From: a virus
DNA: 64,000 bases
Direction: 5' to 3' (one strand)
Virus record (IMG/VR): IMGVR_UViG_3300036770_003738
Span: 1-64,000 of that record
A model generated the notes under the pieces. It did no database searches. It was not told the DNA's origin and was given only the letters and a program-made list of their open reading frames with translations. The position numbers were made by a program, and so were the translations under genes. Shown here in pieces: positions 1-10,233 of this stretch (the stretch's first letter is position 1; each line of letters begins with the position of its first letter).

Positions 1-781
1 CCTGGCTTGGCTTAATGGAACCGTCGTTAATTTTAGTTCTAATGTCGTTGGGCTTCATGCCGCCTTGATATATCGGCATGCCTGGAGTACTCACTCCATA
101 TACTGAACTAGGGGTTTCTCTCTGGCTTGAGCTACGAATAGTTCCACGTTCAAGATCGTTAATAAGCCCTTGTTGAAACAAGGTGCCAGCTACGTAGCTG
201 TGCACAGGTTTAGTCTGATTAAAGAATAACGGATCATTAAATGCTGATTCGTTGTTGACGTTAATTTCTGTCACTGGCAAGCGAGCTGCATTAGCAAAAT
301 ACTCTTGTTGGTTTTTGTTATTGCCAACATCGTATCTGCTTGACGATGCTATACCAGGTAACATGCTTCCTAGACCTTGCTCAGGAACGGTTCCAATATA
401 ATATCCTTGGCTACGATCTCCATTGACAAATATGCAGATAACCTTGACTCCCAGGTCCGGTGGCGTGAACCACATGCCATAACTGTTTTGATTTCCAGGG
501 TAGGCGCCAACTTCTTGGTTAGTGCCCGACGCATTAGACGCCGGAGTATACCCACCAAACTGCTGCATATAACTTACCGTAGTCCATTTGGTATCATCAT
601 CTTCAGCTGACTCACCGCCGTCGGCAAATGCTTCAATGTAAACTTGCAGACGGCCAGATCGAGTTGGGTCTACGTTAGACTTTACAATGCCGGTAAACGG
701 CCCAAACTCCGCAGGTACGCCGCCACGATCCTGTTTGTAATTACTGGGACGGCCTCTACTGCGTTCTACGTTTTCTGCCAT
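1..781 (-). CDS. Baseplate central spike/hub protein, gp5-like N-terminal OB-fold (partial, runs off left edge; missed by the ORF track)
   Basis: Manual translation from ATG at 781 (GGA SD-like upstream): MAENVERSRGRP...GIVKSNVDPTRSGRLQVYI...SYGMWFTPPDLGVKVICIFVNGD. This matches the DP..GR.V and P..G..V...F..GD pattern of gp5/VgrG OB domains. Lies in the baseplate cluster. Confidence 0.75.
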   Translation of the reverse strand, partial: MAENVERSRGRPSNYKQDRGGVPAEFGPFTGIVKSNVDPTRSGRLQVYIEAFADGGESAEDDDTKWTTVSYMQQFGGYTPASNASGTNQEVGAYPGNQNSYGMWFTPPDLGVKVICIFVNGDRSQGYYIGTVPEQGLGSMLPGIASSSRYDVGNNKNQQEYFANAARLPVTEINVNNESAFNDPLFFNQTKPVHSYVAGTLFQQGLINDLERGTIRSSSQRETPSSVYGVSTPGMPIYQGGMKPNDIRTKINDGSIKPSQ

Positions 782-790
782 GTTTTATCC

Positions 791-3787
791 TTAATAATCT
801 CTTGTGATTTTTTGCGGGTTGCGTTGGCTATTTGACAACTGTTCAATTTGCTGTGCAGTTAGTCTAGTGTTGGTACCAGCTGCCGGAGGACTTGATCCGA
901 AGTCAGTAGCTACTGCTAATCCATTACTACTTACTGGACTACCGCCAGCAGTGGCCGCAAAACTGGTTCTGGCCATCTGAAGGGCTGCGTCTGGCGTTTG
1001 TCCACTGCGTCTTGCAGTAATATATGCCTGACTAGATTGCAATTGGGCAAGTGTCGGATCTGGAAAACTAGTAGGTGGGTTCAATATTTGTTGAACACCT
1101 TGTGCCAAGCTGCTAGTAGGTTGGGCTCCAGTGACACTAGTGGTTGCATTACGAGCTCGTTCAGCTAACAACTGAAGCTGACCATTACCACGGCCGGCGC
1201 CTGCAGTTGAATTTAGATTAACACCTGTTCTTGCAGCAACACCTGCTGATATATTGGGATCTCTAACAGGCTGCAAGTTGGTTGCTGCTGCTGCAGAGGT
1301 TGCGTTTCCTGTAACCGAGTTGCTACCATCTGGCTTGGGAAAGAAATACAAACTGCCGTTAATAGTCTGCTCAAACTTACCTTGTCTAAATTCGCTAGTG
1401 ACTTTGGTTGCTTGGTAAACATTACTTTGCAAAGGCTTTCGTTCACCATATTTGGCCTGCGTCTTTGAGTAGGGATCTGCTAATCCTGTGGATAGTAAAT
1501 AATCTTCTGGTCGCTGCCACGCAATTTCAAATAGAACTTGGCTGCTATCAAAATCAATTGTGCCGTCAGGCAAGAATCCTGGGGTCGCATTGTTTCCAGT
1601 AAATGTTTCGTTTGTAATTGGTCTAAACAAACTACCTTGTTGTATCCAAGCAGGATCTCCAATAATTTTTAATTTAGCAGTGTGTAGATCTCCGGGGCTG
1701 TACAAATACTCTGCTGCATTGCTACCAACTTCGTTGCTTTTACCCGGGCCGCCAGCGCCACTCTCAGTACTACGAGCAGCATAGACATACTTGGGAATGT
1801 CTCTCATGCTAGAAGTGTATTTTTCTCTAATTTGTTGTGATGCACTGTCTTCAGGAGTACTTCCACTAACAGTTACGTTATACAAACTGTTAAATTGTGC
1901 TTGATAATCAAGTACTGAATTATTTTGCCCAGTGAACCAGTAGTTGTACTGTTTGTGTAATCCTGGAAATTGGGTTGTTGGAAAATACTTGCTGTCAAAA
2001 TTAGCAACACGATACGGAGTTACTGTGTATTTGATTTTATAAGCATAATCATTTCTCAAAGGATCTATCTTGTCACCTATCTGTGTGGCGCTCATGGTGA
2101 TTGTGAACCAGCGCATGGGTTTGTTTCTTGCTTCTGGATTGGGCACTTGACTGCCATCAGCATTGGTTATAATCAAACTTTGATTGTAAATGTAGCTAGA
2201 GTTTCTAACTGCCAATTCAATTGCTTGTATAATTTGTTGTCCAGCAGTAATTGCCATGCTACGCTGGGCATTATCTGTAAATTGTCTTCCAGGATCTAGT
2301 GCCTGGCCGCCAGCTACAGTAGCCGGAGGCGCTTGTGGTGTTCCTTTTTTGTCAACTTTTTTATTGTCACTAAGAACAATAGTAGCTTGCTCAATATCGA
2401 TTGCACGTTCACCTAATGAACCATTTGCAAACTCAAGTTCATATTCGTCGGCTATACTATAAATTCCACGACGCACCAAGTCTTGCTGGAATTCGTTCAT
2501 GGCCCCCATTAAACCACCAGTAATAGTTTTCTTGTCTGTTGGTGCAGCATTAGCTTTTTGCGGAGCCGGTGTATTATTAAATGCTGCACCACTAAGTGGT
2601 CCTGAGTTTGAAGTAGTTGTAGCAGCTCCTGGTGCAGCCGCAGAAGTTGTTGCGCCTGCTTTGGGATTACCTTTGAGGACTTTGCCTACAGTTGCTGCAG
2701 TTAATTCTATATCGTAAGGAATTGTTCCTCGAGCAGTTGAACTAGCAATCAATTGTCCCACTGGCGCACATTCAAAATCGTAACTAACTAATTTACTGCC
2801 CACGCCCCAGTTAATTTTTTTAATTAAAAACGGTATGAATTTTTCAACTACCGCCGATGGATTACTTGCACTTTCGCCGTTAGTTGATGTGCCTGGGGTA
2901 ATCAGGTTGCCTGCTTCGTCGTACCCAAAAAATCTTATCACCATAAGGTACGTAGCGGCACTATAATTCACTGCGCCTGTTGCATCCTTAGGTGCTATAT
3001 CTTTAACTGCGCTATACAATCTATCAATTAAACTGATACCCATTGGCTCAATTACTGTAAATTTAAGATTGGTGACCATGTGCGCTGCACCAGTTTGTTT
3101 GCCCGGTAATGCGTTTTCAATAGTGATAGTGTCAATATAAAAATCGTAGTCAAAAAATGGATTTCGTCCAGCATCGGCACCAGTTACTGGCCCTACTGAC
3201 GGAGTAGCAGCCGAAGCTCCTTGCACTCCTCCAACATTGTTTGCAGCGCCACCGCTTTGAAACAATAACTGATAACCATTAACAGTTTTTTTCTTGCTGT
3301 TAAGCAATTGTTCGTACTGAGTAGGAGACATCAAATACACAGACGCTTGATAAGTGTAACTGGAAAACTTATCTAGCACGTTGGCTTGCGGTTTAACTTT
3401 AACCGCAGAATTAAATTCTGCATTGACATTAGTTTGTGTTGCTGTTGTTGAATTGTCTGCTGCATCAGCGCTAGCAGCGCCAATTCCTGCAGTAAGTTGT
3501 GCCTTTCCTCCAGCGTTAACTATACTGCTGTCAATGGCTCCGGGAATTTTAATTGGTTGACCAGAAAGAATTTGCGGAGTAGTGGCCTGACTTTGTGATA
3601 TTGTTAGTACTGCTGGGTTGGTGTTTGTATCAGCATTAGTTTCTGTCGTAGCTGTTGGCTGGGCATTGGTAGGAGGTGTAACTGCTGGTACCACAATTAT
3701 TCTGCCATTAGGCCCAATCTCTTGCACCGGAGGTTTAGTAAGGCCCTGCGGGCCGTCTGCTTGAACAGTTTGACTGGCTGTTGCCAT
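791..3787 (-). CDS. Large baseplate hub-associated structural protein (gp27/VgrG-like, tentative)
   Basis: 998-aa ORF between the gp53-like and gp5-like genes. The 'LKIIGDP' and 'YQATKVTSEFRQGKFEQ' segments resemble hub protein C-termini. Confidence 0.5.
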   Translation of the reverse strand: MATASQTVQADGPQGLTKPPVQEIGPNGRIIVVPAVTPPTNAQPTATTETNADTNTNPAVLTISQSQATTPQILSGQPIKIPGAIDSSIVNAGGKAQLTAGIGAASADAADNSTTATQTNVNAEFNSAVKVKPQANVLDKFSSYTYQASVYLMSPTQYEQLLNSKKKTVNGYQLLFQSGGAANNVGGVQGASAATPSVGPVTGADAGRNPFFDYDFYIDTITIENALPGKQTGAAHMVTNLKFTVIEPMGISLIDRLYSAVKDIAPKDATGAVNYSAATYLMVIRFFGYDEAGNLITPGTSTNGESASNPSAVVEKFIPFLIKKINWGVGSKLVSYDFECAPVGQLIASSTARGTIPYDIELTAATVGKVLKGNPKAGATTSAAAPGAATTTSNSGPLSGAAFNNTPAPQKANAAPTDKKTITGGLMGAMNEFQQDLVRRGIYSIADEYELEFANGSLGERAIDIEQATIVLSDNKKVDKKGTPQAPPATVAGGQALDPGRQFTDNAQRSMAITAGQQIIQAIELAVRNSSYIYNQSLIITNADGSQVPNPEARNKPMRWFTITMSATQIGDKIDPLRNDYAYKIKYTVTPYRVANFDSKYFPTTQFPGLHKQYNYWFTGQNNSVLDYQAQFNSLYNVTVSGSTPEDSASQQIREKYTSSMRDIPKYVYAARSTESGAGGPGKSNEVGSNAAEYLYSPGDLHTAKLKIIGDPAWIQQGSLFRPITNETFTGNNATPGFLPDGTIDFDSSQVLFEIAWQRPEDYLLSTGLADPYSKTQAKYGERKPLQSNVYQATKVTSEFRQGKFEQTINGSLYFFPKPDGSNSVTGNATSAAAATNLQPVRDPNISAGVAARTGVNLNSTAGAGRGNGQLQLLAERARNATTSVTGAQPTSSLAQGVQQILNPPTSFPDPTLAQLQSSQAYITARRSGQTPDAALQMARTSFAATAGGSPVSSNGLAVATDFGSSPPAAGTNTRLTAQQIEQLSNSQRNPQKITRDY

Positions 3788-3788
3788 G

Positions 3789-4088
3789 TTAGAATCCTAG
3801 TGCTGATCGCAGCGTAGTAATTTTAGGCAAATAAATCGTAGTGTTGGCTACAAAATCCATTGGCGGTCTTGTTAGTGTATTAGGATTTCGTTGATAAAAT
3901 ACCCACCATAAACTACCTGTACCGTACAAGTCAAACGCCAAAAGGTCGGGTCTATTTTGATAAGTCAAATTGATAGTAAATTGCAAATCGTCATCTTCTT
4001 TGGGTATAGGTCGATTTACCATGCTATCTAAATAGAATTGGTTAAACGGGGTAGAGTAATACGGACTAGTTGCATCGTAAGAAGCCAT
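3789..4088 (-). CDS. Baseplate wedge protein, gp53/LysM-like
   Basis: RPDLLAFDLYG...LWWVF...N motif typical of gp53-like LysM baseplate proteins. Confidence 0.7.
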   Translation of the reverse strand: MASYDATSPYYSTPFNQFYLDSMVNRPIPKEDDDLQFTINLTYQNRPDLLAFDLYGTGSLWWVFYQRNPNTLTRPPMDFVANTTIYLPKITTLRSALGF

Positions 4089-5254
4089 TACCAGAATCCT
4101 CCTTGAATTAATTTGCCATTAGCAAAGTCTTTTAAGCTAAACTGTTTACTAATCTGATCACGAGTTTGCATCGGCAGTAACGTTACGTTGATTTCGATCT
4201 TGGTAGGCACATATGTAGCTCGGGCAGTGTTGGTTACACTATTAGTGATAGGCCCTGGCGTAGGTTTTTTTGTCAGAGCGCCAAATGGAACTCCTAGAGC
4301 TTCTAGTATGGCTTGTCGAGCAGTCTGACCGCTAAATGCTGTTGGCGAGCTGAGAGCAGCATCTCGTCTATTCAGTAGATCTGTACCGTAGTTATTAGGG
4401 TTGTTTGCTCGAATATAATCAACATCGCTTGGTAGACTGTAACTGAAATTAGTAATCACGCACGGATGGCCAGCAAATTGATAATCACCGTAGCCTGTCA
4501 GATACACAATCGGCGGCGGTGCGCCACGTTGATCATCTTTGCCATAAAACATTTTGGTCGCAGATCTAAAAAACTGAATTACTGCCAGCATGTATTCAGC
4601 TTCATTAGTATCTTGCGCAGTGAATGTGCCACGAATGTTGATGTCATTCACTGCACTATTTTTATAGTATGCTCCGCGATAGTTAGAATGTGTAAGATCG
4701 TATTTTTCGTAGTTGGCAACATAACTAGTTTCAATACTGGGTGTGTAAGGGAACACTACACCATCGGTTGCTTTTAGTCGGCCTAAAATTCCTGGGGCAG
4801 GATCATTGTACAAATATGTTGCACTAGCAGCAAGACTAATTCTCACTCGCCAGTCTTGATTGCCCGGTTGCTTGTATCTTGCTTGTAATGTTGCCTGCTG
4901 TGTTGTATTAAACTTAGCTGCTTTTTCTACAGCAGCAGCAGCCGCATCCGGATCTATTTCGTTGTATGCTGCCTCGGCTGCTGCACGAGACTCTTCTTCT
5001 AACGCTTTGACTGCAGGATCGTCGTCGATGTTAACTGGATCAGGACTATATGTGTTAGGTTCACTAAAATTGTAATCTACTACATTTCCGTCCACAGATA
5101 TTTGCTGTGCTTGTAGCTCAGCCTGTTGTTCACTTAATCCAGTTATCAGCACATTTCCTGAGTCAAGATCATACACTGCCCAGCTTTCAGTTTCTGGATC
5201 CCACTGTGCGATGACATTATCTGGTACTGCGCCCGGTCCGTAGGTTATTGCCAT
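4088..5254 (-). CDS. Baseplate/tail tube initiator-like protein (gp48/gp54 tube-fold, tentative)
   Basis: VFPYTP...FTAQ...EA..ML...FFRS..K...GAPPP...L.GYG...PCVITNFSY pattern; baseplate context; late promoter upstream. Confidence 0.55.
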   Translation of the reverse strand: MAITYGPGAVPDNVIAQWDPETESWAVYDLDSGNVLITGLSEQQAELQAQQISVDGNVVDYNFSEPNTYSPDPVNIDDDPAVKALEEESRAAAEAAYNEIDPDAAAAAVEKAAKFNTTQQATLQARYKQPGNQDWRVRISLAASATYLYNDPAPGILGRLKATDGVVFPYTPSIETSYVANYEKYDLTHSNYRGAYYKNSAVNDINIRGTFTAQDTNEAEYMLAVIQFFRSATKMFYGKDDQRGAPPPIVYLTGYGDYQFAGHPCVITNFSYSLPSDVDYIRANNPNNYGTDLLNRRDAALSSPTAFSGQTARQAILEALGVPFGALTKKPTPGPITNSVTNTARATYVPTKIEINVTLLPMQTRDQISKQFSLKDFANGKLIQGGFW

Positions 5255-5274
5255 TTTTTATTGTTCCTATATCT

Positions 5275-5280
5275 TATTTA
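5275..5280 (-). promoter_or_regulatory. T4-type late promoter core TAAATA driving the baseplate operon
   Basis: tattta on + strand, followed on the - strand by an AGGA SD and the ATG at 5254. Confidence 0.65.
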
Positions 5281-5313
5281 CCCAAATTTTTAACGGCTAA
5301 GTTTAAGAAAAGG

Positions 5314-5341
5314 TTGACATCTGTAGTAAAAATGCTACAAT
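5314..5341 (+). promoter_or_regulatory. Sigma70-type early/middle promoter for gp55-gp47-gp46
   Basis: TTGACA-16 nt-TACAAT with extended TG; AGGAG SD downstream. Confidence 0.65.
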
Positions 5342-5369
5342 AAGTACATATTAGGAGACACAGTCACTT

Positions 5370-6290
5370 ATGACTTTAGCAACCAAACCTGCACCACGTG
5401 TAAACTATCTCAACAACAGAGATATTCTTAAAGAAATACATCTGAGCAAAAATACCTACTGCTGGTATCGTGATCGTGATCAAGATCATCAATATGATTT
5501 GATCTTACCGTCAGTGGACAAAATCAATCAGCGCACTATTGTAGAAGCACGTAAAAATCGTGCAGATCGTATCAAACGCGAAACAGGCGAAGTGATTGAT
5601 CAGAAAAAAATCCCTAACACAGATCTTGTGTTTCGTATCACTTGCTGGGACCATATTCCTATGGCGCCCAAAAAAATCACCAAGGCTGAAGCTAAGAAAC
5701 GCCGGCTTGAAGATATTTTGGACCTTGAGGATGTTACTGAAGATGATCCGCTAGCAGACTTAATCGAAGAGCCTGTATTAGATATGAACCATGTAAGGCT
5801 AAACTTCCCCCCGTTTGAACACTATCGAATCGACGACGAAAAACAACCGTTTATGGTGGGTCGCAGTCACTGGAAAGGCGACTTGGCTACAGGCGAGTTT
5901 TCCAGAGACCACGGCACAATGACTCGAAAACTAGCCATGATGTTTATGAAACTGTGCGAAAGATATGCCACAAGAAGCAACTGGCGTGGGTACACCTACA
6001 ACGAAGAAATGCGTGGACAAGCTCTACTACAGCTTAGTCAGATTGGTCTACAATTCGACGAGAGTAAGAGCCAAAACCCGTTTGCGTATTACACTGCTGC
6101 AATCACTAACAGCTTTACGCGGATTCTTAACATAGAAAAGAAAAATCAAAACATTCGAGATGACATTTTGGAGATCAACGGGCTCAATCCAAGTTGGACT
6201 CGGCAAAACTCCGGGAGCAAAAGCATGGCAGCCATGTCCGGTCCGGTTGTTAGCAGCCTCAACGATGTAGTACAATCACTAGATGAGTAA
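5370..6290 (+). CDS. gp55: Late-transcription sigma factor (T4 gp55-like)
   Basis: NYLNN..IL N-terminus and ERYATRSNWRGYTYNEEM...FDESKSQNPFAYYT motif; conserved gp55-gp47-gp46 order. Confidence 0.9.
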   Translation: MTLATKPAPRVNYLNNRDILKEIHLSKNTYCWYRDRDQDHQYDLILPSVDKINQRTIVEARKNRADRIKRETGEVIDQKKIPNTDLVFRITCWDHIPMAPKKITKAEAKKRRLEDILDLEDVTEDDPLADLIEEPVLDMNHVRLNFPPFEHYRIDDEKQPFMVGRSHWKGDLATGEFSRDHGTMTRKLAMMFMKLCERYATRSNWRGYTYNEEMRGQALLQLSQIGLQFDESKSQNPFAYYTAAITNSFTRILNIEKKNQNIRDDILEINGLNPSWTRQNSGSKSMAAMSGPVVSSLNDVVQSLDE

Positions 6291-7299
6291 TCTATTTCGA
6301 AAAGCAGCAATCTTCACTGACATTCACTTTGGACTCAAGTCAAACAGCCAACTTCACAACGAAGACTGTTTGGCTTTTGTAAAGTGGGCTACTGCCAAGG
6401 CCAAAGAAGAAGGCTGCGAAACTTGTTTGTTTTTGGGCGATTGGCACAACAACCGATCTACCCTGAACATCGTCACACTCAACTACAGCCTACAGGCCCT
6501 GGAGCATTTGAATGACAATTTTGAACGTGTGTATTTTATCCCTGGTAACCATGATTTATATTATCGCGATAAACGTGACATTCAAAGCGTGGAGTGGGCA
6601 AAGCACCTCCCTCGTATTCAAATCTGCAATGATTGGTTTAGCGACGGTAATGTCACTATTGCCCCTTGGCTATGTGGAGACGATCATAAGAAACTGGCCA
6701 AACTGAGTGGCCAGTACTTGTTTGGACACTTCGAATTGCCCGGATACCTGATGAACGCCATGGTGGAGATGCCCGATCATGGAGAAATTCAACGGGAAGA
6801 TTTAGCAGGATTTGAGCATGTATTCACCGGACACTTCCACAAGCGACAGACTAAAAAGAATATTACCTATATCGGTAATGCGTTCCCTCACAACTACGCA
6901 GACGCTGGTGACGACGAACGAGGTCTCACTGTGTTGGAATGGGGATCAGCGCCTGAGTTTCATGCTTGGCCTGCTCAACCAACGTACCGCGTCTTCGGGC
7001 TTGCAAATCTTATTGATAATGCACCATCTCTTCTCAAGCCCAAGATGCATGTTCGTGTAAATCTCGATATTGAAATCTCATACGAAGAAGCAGGGTTTAT
7101 CAAAGATAACTTTGTGGCTCAATATCAATTGAGAGAAATGGCTTTGATTCCCAACAAGACATCGGGGGTAAGTGAAGATCTTGCACCCGGAGATGTCAAG
7201 TTTGAGTCAGTAGATCAAATCGTGACAGACCAACTTACCAACATTGAGTCTGAGTTCTACGACAACAAACTCTTGCTAAAAATTTACCAAACTCTATGA
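6283..7299 (+). CDS. gp47: Recombination endonuclease subunit (Mre11/SbcD-like)
   Basis: Metallophosphoesterase motifs DIHFG, GDWH, GNHD, GHFE, GHFH. Confidence 0.92.
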   Translation: MSNLFRKAAIFTDIHFGLKSNSQLHNEDCLAFVKWATAKAKEEGCETCLFLGDWHNNRSTLNIVTLNYSLQALEHLNDNFERVYFIPGNHDLYYRDKRDIQSVEWAKHLPRIQICNDWFSDGNVTIAPWLCGDDHKKLAKLSGQYLFGHFELPGYLMNAMVEMPDHGEIQREDLAGFEHVFTGHFHKRQTKKNITYIGNAFPHNYADAGDDERGLTVLEWGSAPEFHAWPAQPTYRVFGLANLIDNAPSLLKPKMHVRVNLDIEISYEEAGFIKDNFVAQYQLREMALIPNKTSGVSEDLAPGDVKFESVDQIVTDQLTNIESEFYDNKLLLKIYQTL

Positions 7300-8117
7300 T
7301 TTATTGTGTCTGGTATCCCAGCGGAGGATTTGGACACTTTGTTAATGCAATATTATCATTGTACGGAAATAATTTTGCAAGGCCTAACAAAGTATTGTCT
7401 TTTTCTAATACTGGAGATAGTCATGACCTAGATTTGGTGGTCCCTAAATATCTACATAATCAGTGGCCCATAAACTTCAATTTTTCCAGGTCTACAAATT
7501 ATTCTGTGTTGATTGACAACGGAATCAATGATGAGAGTATCAAATTCAAATCAGTGTTTCCCGAATCAACAGTTATTAAAATTTGCTACACAGATGTCAG
7601 TTGGCCAATTATTGCTCGTACCATGGTAGAAAAAGCAATGAGTAGCAAAATTGAAACTATATTAACTACCGACGCATGGCATGGCAACGAAGACTGGGTA
7701 CGAAGGGAAAAATATTTCTTGTATCTCAGAGATCATGAGTTAAGATCAGCGTGGCGCATTAATGATATCAGCGATCGTTCGATTTTTGTTGATCAAATGT
7801 GTCAGTACCAAACCATGTTTGATGCTGTTAATACTATCGCAGTTACTGAATCTTTTGAAAATGTCTGGAAACAGTGGAGAACTGCAAACGACGTGTATAT
7901 TTTGCCAGTAGAAATTGCTCAAAAAATTATCAGCTTTGTCAAAAACAAAACGTCTTTTGATCTAAGTCACATCACAGATGTATGGACACAATCAGTTGTG
8001 TATTATTTCATTCAACTGGAGTTTGGTATCGAAGTCCCACACAATGATTATTCAAACTGGTTTACAAATGTTGCTGATATTAATAAAATGTTAAGTAATC
8101 ACGGAGTTAGCACTTGA
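7296..8117 (+). CDS. Hypothetical protein (possible P-loop/sulfotransferase-like fold) inserted between gp47 and gp46
   Basis: 273-aa AT-rich ORF overlapping both neighbours; N-terminal YPSGGFGHF glycine loop. Confidence 0.6.
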   Translation: MIYCVWYPSGGFGHFVNAILSLYGNNFARPNKVLSFSNTGDSHDLDLVVPKYLHNQWPINFNFSRSTNYSVLIDNGINDESIKFKSVFPESTVIKICYTDVSWPIIARTMVEKAMSSKIETILTTDAWHGNEDWVRREKYFLYLRDHELRSAWRINDISDRSIFVDQMCQYQTMFDAVNTIAVTESFENVWKQWRTANDVYILPVEIAQKIISFVKNKTSFDLSHITDVWTQSVVYYFIQLEFGIEVPHNDYSNWFTNVADINKMLSNHGVST

Positions 8118-10195
8118 TTCAATTTAAAAATTTAACAGTTAAAAACTTTATGAGTGTGGGCAATGCCACACAAGGCGTCAACTTCGATCGCAAGGATCTT
8201 ACACTTGTTCTAGGTGAAAATTTAGACTTAGGCGGCGACGGCAGTCGCAACGGTACAGGTAAAACTACAATCATCAATGCACTAAGTTATGCATTGTATG
8301 GCAATGCATTGAGTAACATTCGCAAGGACAACCTTGTGAACAAGACCAATGCCAAGCACATGCTGGTCAGTTTAGATTTTAGCGTTAATGGGCAAGAGTA
8401 TCGTATTGAACGCGGACGCAAGCCCAATGTGCTGCGCTTTTTTGTTAATAACGAAGACAAATCTGTTACCGATGATGCCCAAGGCGACAGTCGAGAAACA
8501 CAAGACGCTATTGAGCGTGTGATCGGTATGAGCCACGATATGTTCAAGCATGTGCTGGCTTTAAACACATATACCGAACCATTTTTAAGTTTAAAAGCCA
8601 ATGAACAGCGGGCTATTATTGAACAGTTGTTGGGCATCACGCTACTAAGCGAACGTGCTGATCGAATCAAAGAACTCAATCGACAGACTAAGGAAGCTAT
8701 TACGCAAGAAGAAATGCGCACCCGTGCTGTGCAGGAAGCCAACCGACGCATCGAAGAACAGATCGAAAGCCTACAACGCCGACAGAACATGTGGAAAACC
8801 AAGTACGACAGCGATCTGCTAGCATTGGTTACACAGTACGATGACCTGTCAAAGATCAACATTGATGTTGAGCTCGAAGCGCACCGTGCCTTAAGCACAT
8901 GGTCACAGCTTAAAAAAGCCAAAGAAACTCGTGATGCACTAGTTGCTCGTCAAACTGCTTGGCAACAAAAGCATGATACAGAAGTTGCGACTGCAGGCCG
9001 GGCATACTCAGACAAGAACCGCATTGATATCGAAACAGAGCTGAATGCGTGGGCTGCTGTAACAGCGTATAATCAAAAGTCTAGAGACATTGCTGAACTA
9101 GAAAAACTAATTGCCCGTTGTGTAGCAGACGATGCTAAAGAAACCAAACAGGTCAACAAGTTAAAAGCCGAAGTTGAAGAACTGAAAAATCACAAGTGCT
9201 ATGCTTGTGGTCAAGATTTCCACGATGCCAATCACGAATCAGTGTTGGCAGCAAAAGAAAAAGCTCTACAAGAAGCAGCATTACAAGCCTTAGCCACAAA
9301 CACACAGTGGATTGAGCATTCTAGCGCATTAGCTGCGCTAGGAGAGCTTGGGGTTAGGCCAGTGACACACTACGCTACTGAAGCAGAAGCCATTCGCCAT
9401 TCCGGCGAACTCAACAGTCTAAAGCAGGCATTGGATTTGAAACAGTCTGAGTCAAGTCCGTTTGCTGAACAGCTGGCCGAACTGGAAGATGTTACTGTAC
9501 CACCAATGCCTGTTACACATTATGACACTGAGGCCGAAGCAGTCAAGCACTCTAGTCAAGTTGGTAGCCTGCTAACACAGATCACCAACAAGCATGCTGA
9601 ACAGGATCCTTATGAGGAACAGATCAAGGACATGCAGGAGCAGGCCCTGCAAGTGGTCAGTTATGATGCTTTGAACGAACTGGTTCGAGTACAAGAGCAT
9701 CAGGACTTCTTGCTCAAACTGCTGACTTCAAAAGATAGTTTTGTTCGCAAGAAAATCATTGATCAGAACTTGAGTTACTTGAATCAACGACTCACACACT
9801 ATCTGGATCGCATTGGTTTGCCACACACTGTGAAGTTCCAAAACGACTTAACCGTGAGCATCGAAGAACTGGGCCGCGAGCTAGACTTTGACAACTTGAG
9901 TCGCGGTGAGCGCAACAGACTTATTCTAAGCATGAGCTGGGCCTTCAGAGATGTATGGGAAAGCCTGTACCATCCCATCAACTTGTTGTTTATTGACGAA
10001 CTGATTGACAACGGGCTAGACACCGCAGGTGTTGAAAATGCCTTGGGCTTGCTGAAGAAAATGAGTCGTGAGCGCCACAAGAGCGTTTGGTTAGTTAGTC
10101 ACCGTGACGAACTAGCTGGACGAGTTGAGAACATTCTCAAAGTGGTCAAAGAAAACGGCTTTACTAATTACAATACAGACGTAGAATTATCTTAA
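8114..10195 (+). CDS. gp46: Recombination ATPase subunit (Rad50/SbcC-like)
   Basis: Walker A NGTGKT, zinc hook CYAC, signature LSRGE, Walker B LLFIDE, H-loop VSH; TTG start overlapping the upstream TGA. Confidence 0.93.
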   Translation: MIQFKNLTVKNFMSVGNATQGVNFDRKDLTLVLGENLDLGGDGSRNGTGKTTIINALSYALYGNALSNIRKDNLVNKTNAKHMLVSLDFSVNGQEYRIERGRKPNVLRFFVNNEDKSVTDDAQGDSRETQDAIERVIGMSHDMFKHVLALNTYTEPFLSLKANEQRAIIEQLLGITLLSERADRIKELNRQTKEAITQEEMRTRAVQEANRRIEEQIESLQRRQNMWKTKYDSDLLALVTQYDDLSKINIDVELEAHRALSTWSQLKKAKETRDALVARQTAWQQKHDTEVATAGRAYSDKNRIDIETELNAWAAVTAYNQKSRDIAELEKLIARCVADDAKETKQVNKLKAEVEELKNHKCYACGQDFHDANHESVLAAKEKALQEAALQALATNTQWIEHSSALAALGELGVRPVTHYATEAEAIRHSGELNSLKQALDLKQSESSPFAEQLAELEDVTVPPMPVTHYDTEAEAVKHSSQVGSLLTQITNKHAEQDPYEEQIKDMQEQALQVVSYDALNELVRVQEHQDFLLKLLTSKDSFVRKKIIDQNLSYLNQRLTHYLDRIGLPHTVKFQNDLTVSIEELGRELDFDNLSRGERNRLILSMSWAFRDVWESLYHPINLLFIDELIDNGLDTAGVENALGLLKKMSRERHKSVWLVSHRDELAGRVENILKVVKENGFTNYNTDVELS

Positions 10196-10233
10196 AATAT
10201 TATAAACAGGCAGCAATGTGGTAACTACAATGC

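Noticed and set aside
370-835. Short ORFs listed in the track near the left edge; also 63454..63696 at the right edge
   Set aside because: They overlap the real edge-truncated genes (gp5-like 781..<1 and radical SAM 63438..>64000) in other frames
8114-10195. Possible intein explaining the long gp46 (also considered for gp18 and portal)
   Set aside because: No C/S...HN-C/S/T splice motifs or LAGLIDADG blocks seen; the extra length is coiled-coil duplication or domain insertion
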